From contig OX597837.1 in the NCBI GenBank assembly GCA_951406725.2, positions 14,756,001 through 14,820,000 of the forward strand: 64,000 bases of DNA, written 5' to 3'. Shown piece after piece: positions 24,774 through 37,749 of the stretch. Within the stretch, counting starts at the first letter, position 1. Each line of letters opens with the position of its first letter. A program made the translations under genes and the position numbers. A model generated the notes under the pieces. That model worked only from the letters and a program-made list of their open reading frames with translations. It was not told where the DNA came from and did no database searches. This DNA is from Octopus vulgaris (Eukaryota).

Positions 24774-26468
24774 GTACTCACAAGGCTTTGGTCAGCCCAG
24801 GGCTACAGCAGAAGATACTTGTCACAGGTGCAGCACGATGGGACTGAACCCAAAACGACATGGTTGCAAGTGAACTTCTTAAAACCACACAGCCAAGCCC
24901 ACACCTATCCAGACTGATAAAACTGATGCAAATGAATGTCTTAGAAATAGGAAACTAGAACACGGCACAAAGTAAGAGAGATTGGTCTCAAGTGACAAGA
25001 AAACTCCAGATAACGGAATTTAATCAGAAAAATGAAAGAAACCAACAACTGATATTTAATCTCATTGTTTAGTTTTTAAGATAAAACTTGTTTCTTTGTA
25101 GGCTTTCATTTTACAATTTGGTGAAATTTAAATTTCATTTATTTTTATTTATTGTTCCGTTTTGTTTTTTTTTTTTTGTATATTTTTGTATTTAAGGGAA
25201 AGTTTTCCATTGTTTTCCTCTTCTAAAATTAGAATATTTCCCATTATTAAAGTTTTAAAGATGAGATATCCTTCCTATTATATTAGTCACAAGGACTGAC
25301 ATTTGGGTCGGGGAGGAAGACAAGCTGATCGCATCAAACGCCGATGCTCAAATGGCATTTGTTATATTGACCCAGAAAGGACAAAAAGGCAAAGTCGACC
25401 TTGGTGGCATTTGAACTCAGAATGGAGAGATACCAATGATTTTGCCATCTCGTCACCTAATGTCGTCATTGTTTAATGCCTATGTTGCCTGTGATAGGAT
25501 TCAGTGGACAGCATTCTGTTCCAGTTGTCTGCTTTGGCATGGTTTCTACGGCTGGTGGCACGTAAAAAGCACCAACCGATTGTGGCCGTTGCCAGCCTCC
25601 CCTGGCACATAAAAAGCATCCACTACACTCACAGAGTGGTTGGTGTTAGGAAGAGCATCCAACTGTAGAAACACTGCCAGATCAGACTGGAGCCTGGTGT
25701 AGCCTCCTGGCTTCCCCGACCCGGGTCAGACCGTTAAACGATGATGATGATGATGATGATACATACAAAGCGCTGTAAAGTGCTTTGTATTAGGAAGGGC
25801 ATCTAGCCATAAAAAAAAAAAAACTGTGCCAAAACAGACAATGGAGGTTGGTGCAGTCCTCTGACTTACCTGCTCCTGTCAAACCATCCACCCCAAACCA
25901 GTATGGAAGACCAATGTTGAATGATGATGATGATGATGATAAAAATGTGAGATGCTGAAACAATGGGTATAAAACCATGTGTTTGGTGTTGTTTATCAAT
26001 GTAATATTTTTTGATAAGCGCTGTCATTATATTTAAGAATAGAAAGCAACAGCTGACAAACACAGAAAATAGAATCTGCTTTTAGACAAGAAGCGTAAAG
26101 TATTTCTGAACAATCAGAGAGAGAACACAAGCAGCGGCCAGGCAGAACCATTTATTGGAGTGCCAGGCTGTGATGTTTGTGAGGCTGGTACCAAAAGCAG
26201 TGCGAAAATGGTCATAGCTTTTTTATATGGCATTTTCTTATCATCATCAACAGCCACAGTTAATTATTTATTAAAGGATTAGTAAATAAACTCTTACACT
26301 CATGCGATGGGTGAAAGAGCTGATTGGTGGACTTTTAGAATAGCTATCATGGAGAAGGAAAAGAGCCAAGAACTGGGCAAGAATTTGGTAGTAAATAAAA
26401 AATTTGGTTGTCATCATTTGACATCCATTTCCCATGTCTGTTTTGGCATGGTTTCTATACCTGGATGC

Positions 26469-28007
26469 TTTGAAACAAAAAGACATTCTTTGAAGCAAGC
26501 TAAGTTGGACAGTAGAGGGCCATCTCGGCAACAAACTTCAATGGTTGCTGAGGCTTCCTATGAGATCGCCATGTTGATTGCAAAGAGCTTGAAGAGCCAC
26601 AACATCAGAGAGTCTCTTATAAAACCAAGTCTGCTCATTGCAGCAGAACTCATTCTGGGAAACGACGGTGCAAACAAGCTTTCCCAGATTTTACTATCAA
26701 CTGATACAGTCAAGGGAAGGATTGACAACTTGTCTCAAGACACCAAAGATCAAATTCTCAACCAAGAAAGAGATTCTCCTGTTTTTGCCATCCAATGTGA
26801 CGAAACGACTGACATCGCTCAGTGTTCTCAGCTTCTGGTATTTGCTCGATTTGTGTCAAGCAACTGTGTAAAAGAGGAAATGTTGTTCTGTCAGCCTATG
26901 GATAATTGTACAACAGCAGCAGTTATTTTTCATGATGTGTCAAACTTCTTTCAGGAAAACCAACTTCCGTGGGATTCGCTGGTAGAGGTGTGCACTGATG
27001 GAGCTCCAGCCATGCTTGGTCTGCAGTCTGGATTCATTACTAAGGTGAGAGAAAAAAAATCCATCTGTTGTAGGTACACACTGCATACTTCATCGTGAAG
27101 CCTTAACATCCAGAACCTTACCTGCTGAAATGAGAAATGTGGCTATCAAGGTTGTCAATTTTTGTTAAAGGTGGAGCCTTAAACAGTTGTCTTTTCAAAC
27201 TGTTGGGTAAAGATATGGAATCCGAACATGAAGTATTTCTTTTTCATACGAACGTACAATGGCTATCAAAGGGGAACATATTTGGACAGCTTTATGAACT
27301 ACAAGAAGTAGTAGTAATATTTCTAGATTTGCAGCAGAAGGCAAATCTCAAGTTCCGGTCTGAAGGCTTCCAGCTATCTCTAGCTTACCTGGTGGACATC
27401 TTTGAAGCGTTGAATGCTCTCAACCTTGAACTAAAAAGGAAAAATATCAACATTCTCACACACCACGACACCATTTAAATGTTCATGGCCAAACTTGACC
27501 TCTGAAAATGTCAAATTCAGCAGAGAAATACAACCAGTTTTAGCTACTTGGATTCTGCTCTCATTCATGGTAACCTTGATTCTGAGTTAAAGAAACAAAT
27601 CTAATTGCCTTGTAAACAGAATTCATCAGATACTTCCCAGATGAAAAGCGTGAAGCTTGGGAATTCATCAGGAATCCATTTCAGTGTGAAGTGATGATGT
27701 TTTGGATGGAGTGCAAGAGAAGTTTCTTGAGCTGAAGTTCAACTCCCAGGCTAAGGAAGACTCCAAAGAACTGGATCTTGGAACGTTCTGGATCAAGTAC
27801 CTTCCTGTTTACCCTCTCGTCTCACATTAGGCTCTTCAGATTTTAGCTATGTTTGGATCTACATATCTTTGTGAAGCTGCATTTTCCACACTCGTTGCTG
27901 TCATGACCAAGTACAGAAACAGGTTGAATGTTGAAAAGGAGCTACATCGTGCCCTCTCTGGCATTCAAGATCTTGTAGTTAAGAAGCAGTGTCAAGTATC
28001 TCACCAA
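26469..28007 (+). pseudogene. Decayed hAT transposase (Buster/Charlie/SPIN group, ZBED5/FAM200-like), N-terminal BED finger missing
   Basis: Catalytic-region motifs QCDETTD, CTDGAPAM, HCILHREAL (after a frameshift at the A-run near 27052), WLSKG, LAYLVDIF and TYLCEAAFS, ending QCQVSH. Several stops and frameshifts. Confidence 0.92.
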
Positions 28008-30060
28008 TCATCATCATCATCATTTAGCATCCGTTTTCCATGCTAGCATGGGTTGGATGGTTCAACTGGGGTCTGTGAAGCCGGAAGGCTTCATCAGGCC
28101 CAGTCAGATCTGGCAGAGTTTCTACGGCTGGATGCCCTTCCTAACGCCAACCACTCCGTGAGTGTAGTGGGTGCTTTTTACGTGCCACCCGCACAGGTGC
28201 CAGACAGAGCTGGCAAACGGCCACGAACAGATGGTGCTTTTACATGCCACCGGCATGGGGGCCAGGCGAGGCTGGCAACGGACACGAATGGATGGTTCGC
28301 TTAACCACAGCTGCAATTTCCAGTTTTTTGCTAAGAAGAAGTGTCAGGTATATGATTTTTTGCCTACTGTGATTATATATAAAAAAAAAATATACATTTT
28401 GTATAATATGACTAATTTATATTCAATAAAAAAGACTAAAAACATATTTTAGATTTTATTAAAATATGGAAGGGAATTTTATTCACAGATATGCGCAGGA
28501 GTGTCTGTGTAGTAAGTAGCTTGCTTACCAACCACATGGTTCTGGGTTCACATCCCACTGCATGGCACCTTGGGCAAGTGTCTTCTACTATAGCCTTGGG
28601 CCAACCAAAGCCTTGTGAATGGATTTGGTAGACGGAAACTGAAAGAAGCCCATCATATATATGTATATGTATATAAATATATATGTGTGTACTTGTGTTT
28701 GTCTCCCCAACATCGCTTGACAACCGCTGTTGGTGTGTTTGCATTCCCATAACTTAGCGGTTCGGCTATGTACACTATGTGAGTGTACACTCGCGAGGCT
28801 TTGGTCGGCCCGAGGCTATAGTAGAAGACACTTGCCCAAGGTGCCACGCAGTGGGACTGAACCCGGAACCATGTGGTTGGTAAGCAAGCTACTTACCACA
28901 CAGCCACTCCTATTTATATTATTTTTTTATTATATTATTTATATTATTTTTAAACTCAAGTACGAATTGTGGATGCAACACCACCCCATATATAAACAAG
29001 GACCAAAACTGAATGTCAGACTATTCAGCTTTTGTTTGCTTTTTACAGGTCATCTGCATCCACAAAACATATTAGTTCGATGCTAGATTGGTTTTAAATA
29101 AATATAAATGATATAATTAGTTGTCAAAACACAATTAATATTATTTGTTATCAAAACACAATTAATGCTTTGTAAACCAAAGTCCAGCAGTATTAACCAA
29201 ATTAGTCCAGACTCAAAACACCATGTACATACATCTCTGCTTCCTGAGGTATTATCCCCTACGTGGTTGTTCGATCTGCTATAATTAGCAGCCAAAATCC
29301 CTGAAATCACTCGCTAGCATCTCAGAAAAAACGGGCACATTGGATAGTTTAATGTCGTTCCCTGCAGATAGAATAAACACGGGACGGCCATGGTTGGAAT
29401 GCTCTCGATCGAATAGACTTTTGGTCGGACTGCTGCACCAGGGGCAAGCTGGAGTTAAATAACAGTAACAGCCTTCTTACACAAACATACATGCATGCAT
29501 GTATGCATACAAACAAAGCGATCCGATATAACTCTCCTTAACTCTAAAATCCATTTGGAATCTACTGGGACTCGCAGGACGATGTCTCTCTCTCTTCATT
29601 TCGCAACATTAACATAAGTGTCGCCTTGCTAGAATGGCATCGGTGGTGCAGTAGCAGAAATTGTCTTATTCGAACTTTCGGTTTGTCAATAATACAAGAA
29701 AAACACCAGCAAATACAACCAAATAGTTATATAGGTCTATATACAATATACGAATGGTGGAATATTTTAGGACTGCCCTTGGATGTCTTGTCACCGAGTT
29801 ATTCTGGTCACAAGTACAGCGAAAATAATTAGCTATTAATACAAAGAATCGTTTTCGGAATCGACACATTCCGTTTAGCATGAGAAATGAGTGCCAGAAC
29901 TATACAGACAATTATTTATGTCAGACGAATAAATTACTGGTACTTGTGGCTTCATTACGTATAGTCTTCCTCGAAGATCGAATGCAATAACAATTTAATT
30001 GCTTTGTGTGTCTATATAACAAAACAATTAGACTTACAAATATATATATGTGTGTATATG

Positions 30061-30114
<54 letters not shown>

Positions 30115-30826
30115 GCCAAAACATTAAAATAATTGATGTTGCTGTTGTTGTTTGAGATGATGGTGCAGACTATGGGGGGGGGGATATGAAGAAGAAAAAA
30201 CAACAATGATGGGGCTTAGGCTTGCTAGAAATAGAAGCCAAGTTCCCCCCGCAAAACACATCCCGTTGTCTTAATAGATAATGCACTCACCCGTGCACAC
30301 ACACCCACCGATGGAATGTTTACAACCGGAACGCCCTTGATCATAGAGTCCAGTCGACCAGAACCGATGCCTTGTTGTAAGGGTCCAGGGTGGTGCAGTT
30401 GCAGGAATTATCCTATTGGAACTTTCGGTATGTACATAATACATGGAAAGTACCAGCAAATGCAACCAAACCATTTTGTCATTTGATATTAATATCCAAC
30501 TTGACGGTTAAATACCAAATGACAACATGATTATAATTAATCGACCAGCTAGAAATAGCAGCCAAATCTCCCTCAGATCATATTCCACCATCTTACAGAA
30601 GAAAAAAAAATTAATATACGAAAGGACACAGTTGATGATATAATAGCAGAAATATATGCAAATAAAATAAAATAAAATAAAATAAAGCCCATGGTTTCAC
30701 GATCAAAGTGTGTTCGATCCTGGGTTTGGCTGTTTGGTCGGTCGCGATTGATCGGGCTGGAGCTAAGCAACAACAATAACAACAACTTCCTTGACAATAT
30801 TAAACGATAAGGAAACGATTTCTTAC

Positions 30827-31635
30827 CATTTTGTGTATAAAAGACAGAGACAGCCACCTTCGATGTGAAAGTTACGAGACGAAATCGGAGTCAGGGGTGG
30901 TCGTGGATGCCAGCAAGATCGGTTTACATGGTAATGGGTCTCTAAACAGCAGCAATGGTGTTCTGGTTCTGTGTTTGGTCACTGACGTAACACTTGTTTC
31001 AAAAAAACCACAAACTCGGCCAATAATGTTGGTGTTATTATTATTATTATCTGTATATATGTGTGTATACGTGTGTGTTCCTGCGGGTGTATATTTATAA
31101 TGCTTCGTCTGGCTGGAAACTAGAGTCAATATGCAGACGTGACATTGGAGGATTTCTTGAGAGTCCTAATGCCAAAATGGTGACATAAGCATAGAAGGGA
31201 AAAAAACTAGGTTCTGTTTACTTCAGCCCACAACAATAATAGCCGAGACCTCTGTTATTGCTTCTCGCCAATGTGACCTGACATTGCCAATGACGTCACA
31301 CACACACATTATAAACAAGCGCCAGGCTAGGTGGCGCCAACTGTTACTTGTCGGTGTGTAAACGTCACCTGTTGCGGCGCGAAACGTCGCTCGTTGCGGC
31401 GTGATACGTCACTGTTTTGTTAGCGTGATAGTGTGTGTGTGCATGTGTGTTGTTGGTCTGCGTGTAACCAGTGCAGGTGTTAGTAGGAGGCTTGATAGTG
31501 TCGTCTCTTACAGGGCTTCGTCGCTCGCCGTCATGTCATGTCATGGCCTAGAATAAATAACCTTTTGTGAACAACAGAATATGAATGGAGACAATATCTA
31601 TCTATCTATCTACCTATATATAATTACAGACTTAG
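30827..31635. promoter_or_regulatory. Putative bidirectional promoter with non-coding first exons of RNF141 (-) and RASSF8 (+)
   Basis: Locally CpG-rich and largely free of interspersed repeats. TGACGTCA at 31291-31298, several CCAAT boxes, and an E2F-type GCGCGAAA at 31377-31384. Minus-strand donor ATG|GTAAGA at 30827/30826; plus-strand donor TAG|GTGAGT at 31635/31636. Confidence 0.55.
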
Positions 31636-31855
31636 GTGAGTACTTATTACATACCACTTGTAATTATAATCGATGTGCTGTTTGTTTTTTTTTAAATATC
31701 CGTGACTCAGAACGAACGAACGACCGACGGGATTGCATTTACAACTTTAAAAAATATTTCATATTAGTTCTCTCCCTCCAGTCAAGTTCGAAGTTTAATG
31801 TCTCTTTTAATCTAACCCAGCATTTTATAACGAAAGCTTTAATTGTTTACTAATC

Positions 31856-31888
<33 letters not shown>

Positions 31889-32531
31889 CTGTTATATAAA
31901 CATACACATTTGCCGACAGTGTTTTCTGTAAACATACACTTTCTCTTTTTCATATCTCATCTTCCTTTGTATACATAGTCTGACTAATGTAACCTTATAC
32001 GTACATGCATACATACACATATATATATATATATATATACGCAATTGTGAACACTGACTCGTTATATATATATATATATATATATGCTGGCGACAATATA
32101 GTTTGTATGTACAATTTTTAACATTCCGACCTCTGCAAACTTTGTATGCATATACTTAAAATCAGATTGCCTTATTATCTTGTATATACAATACTGAACT
32201 CTGGTTGCCCTATGTAATCCGCGGCGCGTGTATGTACATTATATGTGTATGTATATCTTATATATATATTATTATTATTAATTTATATATACACACACAC
32301 ACAGGCATGCCTACACTAGTGCCCCTCCCCCAACTTCCTTTGTTTCCTCAAAACTCCCAGAAAAATTGGTATTTTCTTAGTGAAATCTACAAATACTCTT
32401 CAGATGGTGTAGATTCCTACTATATCGGAATTTGTGGTGAAAATGTTTTTCCAAAGGAAATATATATATAAAAACAAACTACAGAACAAAATCCAGAGAC
32501 ACACTTGTGAAGGTATGTCATACACACAAAT

Positions 32532-32572
<41 letters not shown>

Positions 32573-32858
32573 AAATGCATGCACACCCACAAAAAGAGAC
32601 AACGAAGGAGCCCGATGTGTTTTGCTCGATCTACCACAAGTAACAGCTAAATCTCCCGCGAATCATACACCACTAAAAAAAAGAGAGAGAGAGAGAGAGA
32701 GAAGGGCATATTGGATAATGCCATCATAGATATATTGGTTGGAAATCAAAAAGAATAAACAAATGGTTTAACCTAAGCTGTTCTGCTTTTGACCTAGGGC
32801 TAAACAACACATACACACACACACATAGTGGCGAATCCTAGAGGCTCTTTTCAATCCA

Positions 32859-32899
<41 letters not shown>

Positions 32900-33499
32900 G
32901 TTGTTCACAAGTTATATTCAAGTGTAGAGTACTTAGTATCGATAGACTTTTTATTTTCGTATCGATTATCAAAAATATCTGAAGCCGTGACCATCCTGTC
33001 ATTTCAGACATAAAGTTCATCTCGATCTACAATTTTCAACACCTCTTTATTATTATTATTATTATTACATTATAGGTTTTAGCTTGAGGTAGTTTTAACT
33101 GCTATTTCCTGCAGGTCGAATGCCCGCTTAAAGCACTTGGTCGTTGTCCGTTGACTCCGGACTTTGTATGTAAACACAGGTGCTCTCTCTCTTTATATAT
33201 ATATTATTGATAAGCAAGTCTGTTGTGGAATGTAATGGGGTTTTTTTAATGATAATTATTACTGGAAGAAAGATATATCGTTCTTTGCTTAACTTATATT
33301 TATTATACAATCGTCGGGAGCTAATAGGGAAATATATTATGAATTAAATTTGAATATTAAAGCTGGGTAATTAGCATGGGTCATCTTATTTTCATTCTAG
33401 ATTAATTTCTGACCAATTAAACTCCAATTGAGAAACTGAATTAAGCCATTTATTTCCTTTTCCGTTACCGAATAAAACATGGGATTTTTAATTGCCCTT

Positions 33500-33672
33500 C
33501 CGTATTTACTAATGTATGGCTAACACTATTTTATTCTTGATTTTTAAGTGAAAAACTGGGGTGCGACTGATACGCGTGGCAAAGCTAAAACTATGAGAGG
33601 AGAAAAAATTTGTACCAAAATTTAACACTTAATTACGGTGAGGGGGTTGCGATTTATACACGAATAAATACG
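33500..33672. mobile_element. Degenerate Tc2/pogo-like MITE
   Basis: Termini CCGTATTTACT..TGTAT and TATACACGAATAAATACG. Confidence 0.4.
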
Positions 33673-34710
33673 ATAATTCGTTTATAATTGAGAAATTTAA
33701 CCCAGAATACTTGTGGATGGATGTAACATTATATTCGAGTGTAAGAAAAAGAAAAATATAAAATCTATTTCTAATTTGTAACTAGGAACGTGATGGGGGC
33801 GCATTATATACGAGACTGCATGGCAGTTAATTACATCGAATGAGGCGGTCCTCATTTGAAACCGATTTAAAATTTTCAAAATCCAATTACACTGATATTT
33901 GTCTGTTAGTTTGCAGATTCCATTGTGGTTAATTTAAATTCTCACATTTATATATATATTGTGTGTGTTCCCCCATTACTGCTTCTGAACTAGGATTGTT
34001 TTTTATATTTTTACATCCTCGTATCGTAGCAGTCCGACAGAAGGAACCGATAGAATAGCTGCCAGGCTTTACAAAAAATAAGTACTGGGATCGATTTTTC
34101 CCTCCTCTAAAGTGATGCCCCTAACATGATTGAAGTCCAATGACTGAAACAAGTAAAAAAAATTAGGTATATATATAATCAAAATAAGCAACAAGGATAT
34201 CCAAAGTAATCCTTGTTGCTTATTTTGATTATAATCACCCCATTTGATTTATATGGATAATACCATACCAAATTCTGGTGCCTTTAAGTACCATATTCAT
34301 CTGAATCTAAATATATAAGCAAAAATCCAAAGATGGCAAGCTTCAATAATTTTATAATAACGCACGAATTATAAAAAAACTGTTTTTTATTATCGATTTA
34401 ACAACAGCAAAATAACAAAGACTTTTGAATCTGCTTAAAAAGTTGTCAGTTATTTTATTAGTTTCTTCTGCCCTGCTCAGGTTTTCGTCCTTCTCGACGT
34501 CTACCTTTTGCTGCAGACATAAAAGAAATATACAGGATTGTAATATGATAATTATACACCAGGAATGCGGCCTTGCGTTTCGTAGGGGTCGGTTTTAAAT
34601 CCCAGCTGAGCTGTGATTTGGTTAATCTATGAACAAAAGCAATCCAGCTGTGGCTATGTCAATTTTTTTTTTAATGTTTTGTTAACATTTTGTATAAGAA
34701 CCATTAAGTC

Positions 34711-34859
34711 CAGTCATGGGAAACCTGCGGCCCGCGGGACTTTCTGAATGGCGCACCTAAACGAAAAACGACATTGAATTTTTTTTAGTAGTGCGGCCCA
34801 CCTGGTGATGAACTATGTCTCATGCGGCCCGCTTCTCGAAAAAAGGTTGCCCATGCCTG
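34711..34859. mobile_element. hAT (MER58-like) MITE
   Basis: TIRs CAGTCATGGGAAACCT and AGGTTGCCCATGCCTG; internal GCGGCCC motifs; TSD poorly conserved. Confidence 0.7.
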
Positions 34860-35619
34860 ATATAATCTGTCAGGGAGCAGTGTATGATTTTAGAGAATTG
34901 GCTGTTGTTTCTAACATGTCGAACGAACGTGTTGCAAGCCAGAGGCTTCCCTCCTCGGTTTGACCTTGTGAAAGAAATGATGATGGTTACGCATGAGAGC
35001 ACACACACACACACTAGTCTCTCTCTTCTCTCCTCCAAGAGAACAATAGACCACACATCTCTAAAATAGATGGGCTTTTTTGTTAAACCCGACGAAATGG
35101 GCTTTCTTTTTTTCTATTTCATTATTCTATTAATTTCCTCTCCCACGCACGCTTCTTCTGTGTTCCGTATAAATGCCTCTTTTAGTCATCAGGATATATT
35201 TATTAAGAAGGGAAGACCGAATCTTTACGCTTGGTTTAGGATCCCCATTAAATGTTTTCCTGGTTTAGTCATCGTTTCGCTCCAGTTACTTTCGTAAAAG
35301 CCAACGGACGAGACAAGCAAGCTTCTATGGAGTCACATGGTGTGCTTGAAATAGCAGCCACGTCTCCCTCACCCCATATTCTATTGTATTATTATTTTCT
35401 TCTTTTATTAAGAAAGGACATATTGGATAATATAGAGTAAGTTTTCATAATTACACCCGTTTCCAAACTCAGATTGGCGGTCTTTCGGAACAGCTATCAC
35501 TACCACATGCAGATGGAAAAGTGCAAGGAACTGAATGTTTCTTTCTTTCTTTGAGAGAACCTTTTTCGTTCCCCAAATTTAATATTATATATTTATGCCT
35601 CTCCATGCCTATCCTCCCC

Positions 35620-36050
35620 TCTGACCATGTTTCTTAATGCCTGGAAGAGTATGATTGCGGATGTAAGCTGCCGAAATGGCCTTCCTCCTGAAGAATATCT
35701 GCTGCAATGTTTCTCGACAGGATGTGTAGATCAGAGAATCTGCGCAGGTCGAGCCGCAACTTCTCGGCATTGAGGAGTCACAACCTCCGGTATTATGGAC
35801 AAATGGTTAGAATATCGCAGGTAAGAATCGCAAGACAGATTCTTCAAGTCGCGTCAACTGACAGGAGGCCTAGGGGTAGGTCATGACCGAAAGGATTGGA
35901 TACTTTACATAATCTCAATTGATCATTCTTGGAAATCCAGCTGGAAAAGCGTGTAGGTGGTTGTTTCTGGTGGAACCCTACGGAATAGGTACCTCAGGAT
36001 TCTCCCCCTACGGCCTTCCTAGGAATCGTGGGCGGAGAAGATGGATGGGC
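35620..36050 (+). mobile_element. Decayed Rex3/Expander-like RTE LINE 3' end
   Basis: Manual translation gives VEPQLLGIEESQ...YYGQMVRI...TDRRPRGR...LRILP, followed by a GATGGATGG tail. Confidence 0.6.
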
Positions 36051-37045
36051 ATTTTTGCCTTCTAATTCCGTGCCCTTTTCCCGGAAACTTTTACTATTAG
36101 ACCCGTCTTACGAGATTGGTATAATAGTAACAAAGAACCTTAATATAGCCCTATGTACCCTCTATGTTCGGTTTGTGTTGTTGTTGGTTAAGGTATTAGA
36201 AAAAACTTATTAACTTTGCTCTATAATGTTCAGCTATCCATTGAGCACTGTGATAGTCTCAATGTGTCTTCTCAACTTATCTGAAATAGCAACCAAATCA
36301 CACTCTATTCACAAAATATAATTAAAAATAAAAGTAAAGTAAATGAAAGACAAATTGCTCCTCGACACTGAATGAAAAGAAACAAAAGAAAAAAAAGCTG
36401 TACGGTCGTCACGCTTGGGAAGGTTTTGTTAGAGTATACATTGAATCCAGTTTCGCTTTTTAACAGATGAAGTATTTTGTTGTTGGGCGTAAAGTATGAA
36501 GGCCTTTGTCCGTGTTTACCTACCTGTAAATTGACAACGAGAGCATTTGTTCCGTGTTTGCTTGGCTGTAAAACGAGAACCGTCCTGAGACAAAAAGTAT
36601 TTGAATTACACTAATATTATAAATTAATAATGAGCGGAGTGGGGAATGTTCTTCAAAACAAGTGAAAGTATAATTGAATGGGGTTTTTGTGTGTGTATAT
36701 AAGGAGATATATATATATATATATATAAAGGTTTGTTTTTATGTCAAGTTATGATAAAAGCAGTTTTGCATTGAACTGAAGGATCCCTCGATACATTTTT
36801 TTAAATCCAAATTTATTATTCGTTTACAAGAATAGCGTTGGAAATGACTTGGAAGTTTCTGGTTGCTTAACCTTCATCGGGCAGTCCGATGGAAAGGTTA
36901 AGCAGGCCGGGCTTTCGAAGTCACTGTCAGAACATTATTTTTGTAAAAGAATTGCTTATATATGAGTGGACACAAGAAAGAAAGAGGCGCGCAACACATT
37001 TGTCGGGAATACTTATTGGTGTTTAATAACAGTTTTGTTCGGTAC

Positions 37046-37263
37046 CTATTTCTTTATTACCCACAAGGGGCTAAACACAGAGAGGACAAACAAGGACAGA
37101 CATAGGGATTAAGTCGATTACATCGACCCCAGTGCGTAACTGGTACTTAATTTATCGACCCCGAAAGGATGAAAGGCAAAGTCGACCTCGGCGGAATTTG
37201 AACTCACAACGCAACGGCAGACGAAATACCGCTAAGCATTTCGCCCGGCGTGCTAACGGTTCT
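37046..37263 (-). mobile_element. tRNA-derived SINE with a central GCCTTTCATCCTTTCGGGGTCGATAAA domain (Meta/Sauria-like); near-identical copies at about 46080, 56470 and 62570-62975 (dimeric); diverged copies at about 9170, 51140-51770, 54152
   Basis: High mutual identity between copies; B box GAGTTCAAATTCC. Confidence 0.85.
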
Positions 37264-37457
37264 TTGGTTCGGTACCATGCACCCTAAAAGTTTCGTTTGG
37301 CGATGTTTCGGTATTAATATATGACGTCAGTTATGAGTGCGTGTGTTTGACTGTTCAGCTTTATTCGGCAGATGAAATGATGCCATACATACGTACTTAT
37401 GATAGATTCTCTCATCATGAACGACGAATAGGGGGGGGAGTCAGTAATATAAAGGGG

Positions 37458-37749
37458 TTACCATGTTCTGTGGATACGGATGTGTTTCTTGAGGCCTGCT
37501 GGTGCCTTGCAAATGGAACAAGTCGAGTACTCTGTTTCCTCGAGTGCTTGTGGATTATTTACGATGTGTTTTCTTGAGTGAACGACAAGGCCTGCTCGGT
37601 TTCGGGTCACAAAACCACAACCACAGGTAAGGTTTCCATGCAGAGGTGCAGCATTTTGCCAGCGTGCCCTCATGCTTGCACGAAGTTGGTCCCGATGTTT
37701 GTGTGTCTGTGTGTAATGGTTGCAACTCGATTTTGAAGAATGCCATCAT
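37458..37749 (-). mobile_element. Probable RTE (BovB-like) LINE 3' end with C2H2-type zinc knuckles
   Basis: CGCGFVTRNRAGLVVHSRKH and CSICKAPAGLKKHIRIH before the stop; frameshifted upstream; no splice sites found that link it to a gene. Confidence 0.55.

Noticed and set aside
26307-26468. N-terminal part of the 263-aa ORF as a transposase start or domesticated gene
   Set aside because: It is flanking DNA plus a SINE fragment read in frame by chance; the downstream transposase is disrupted.
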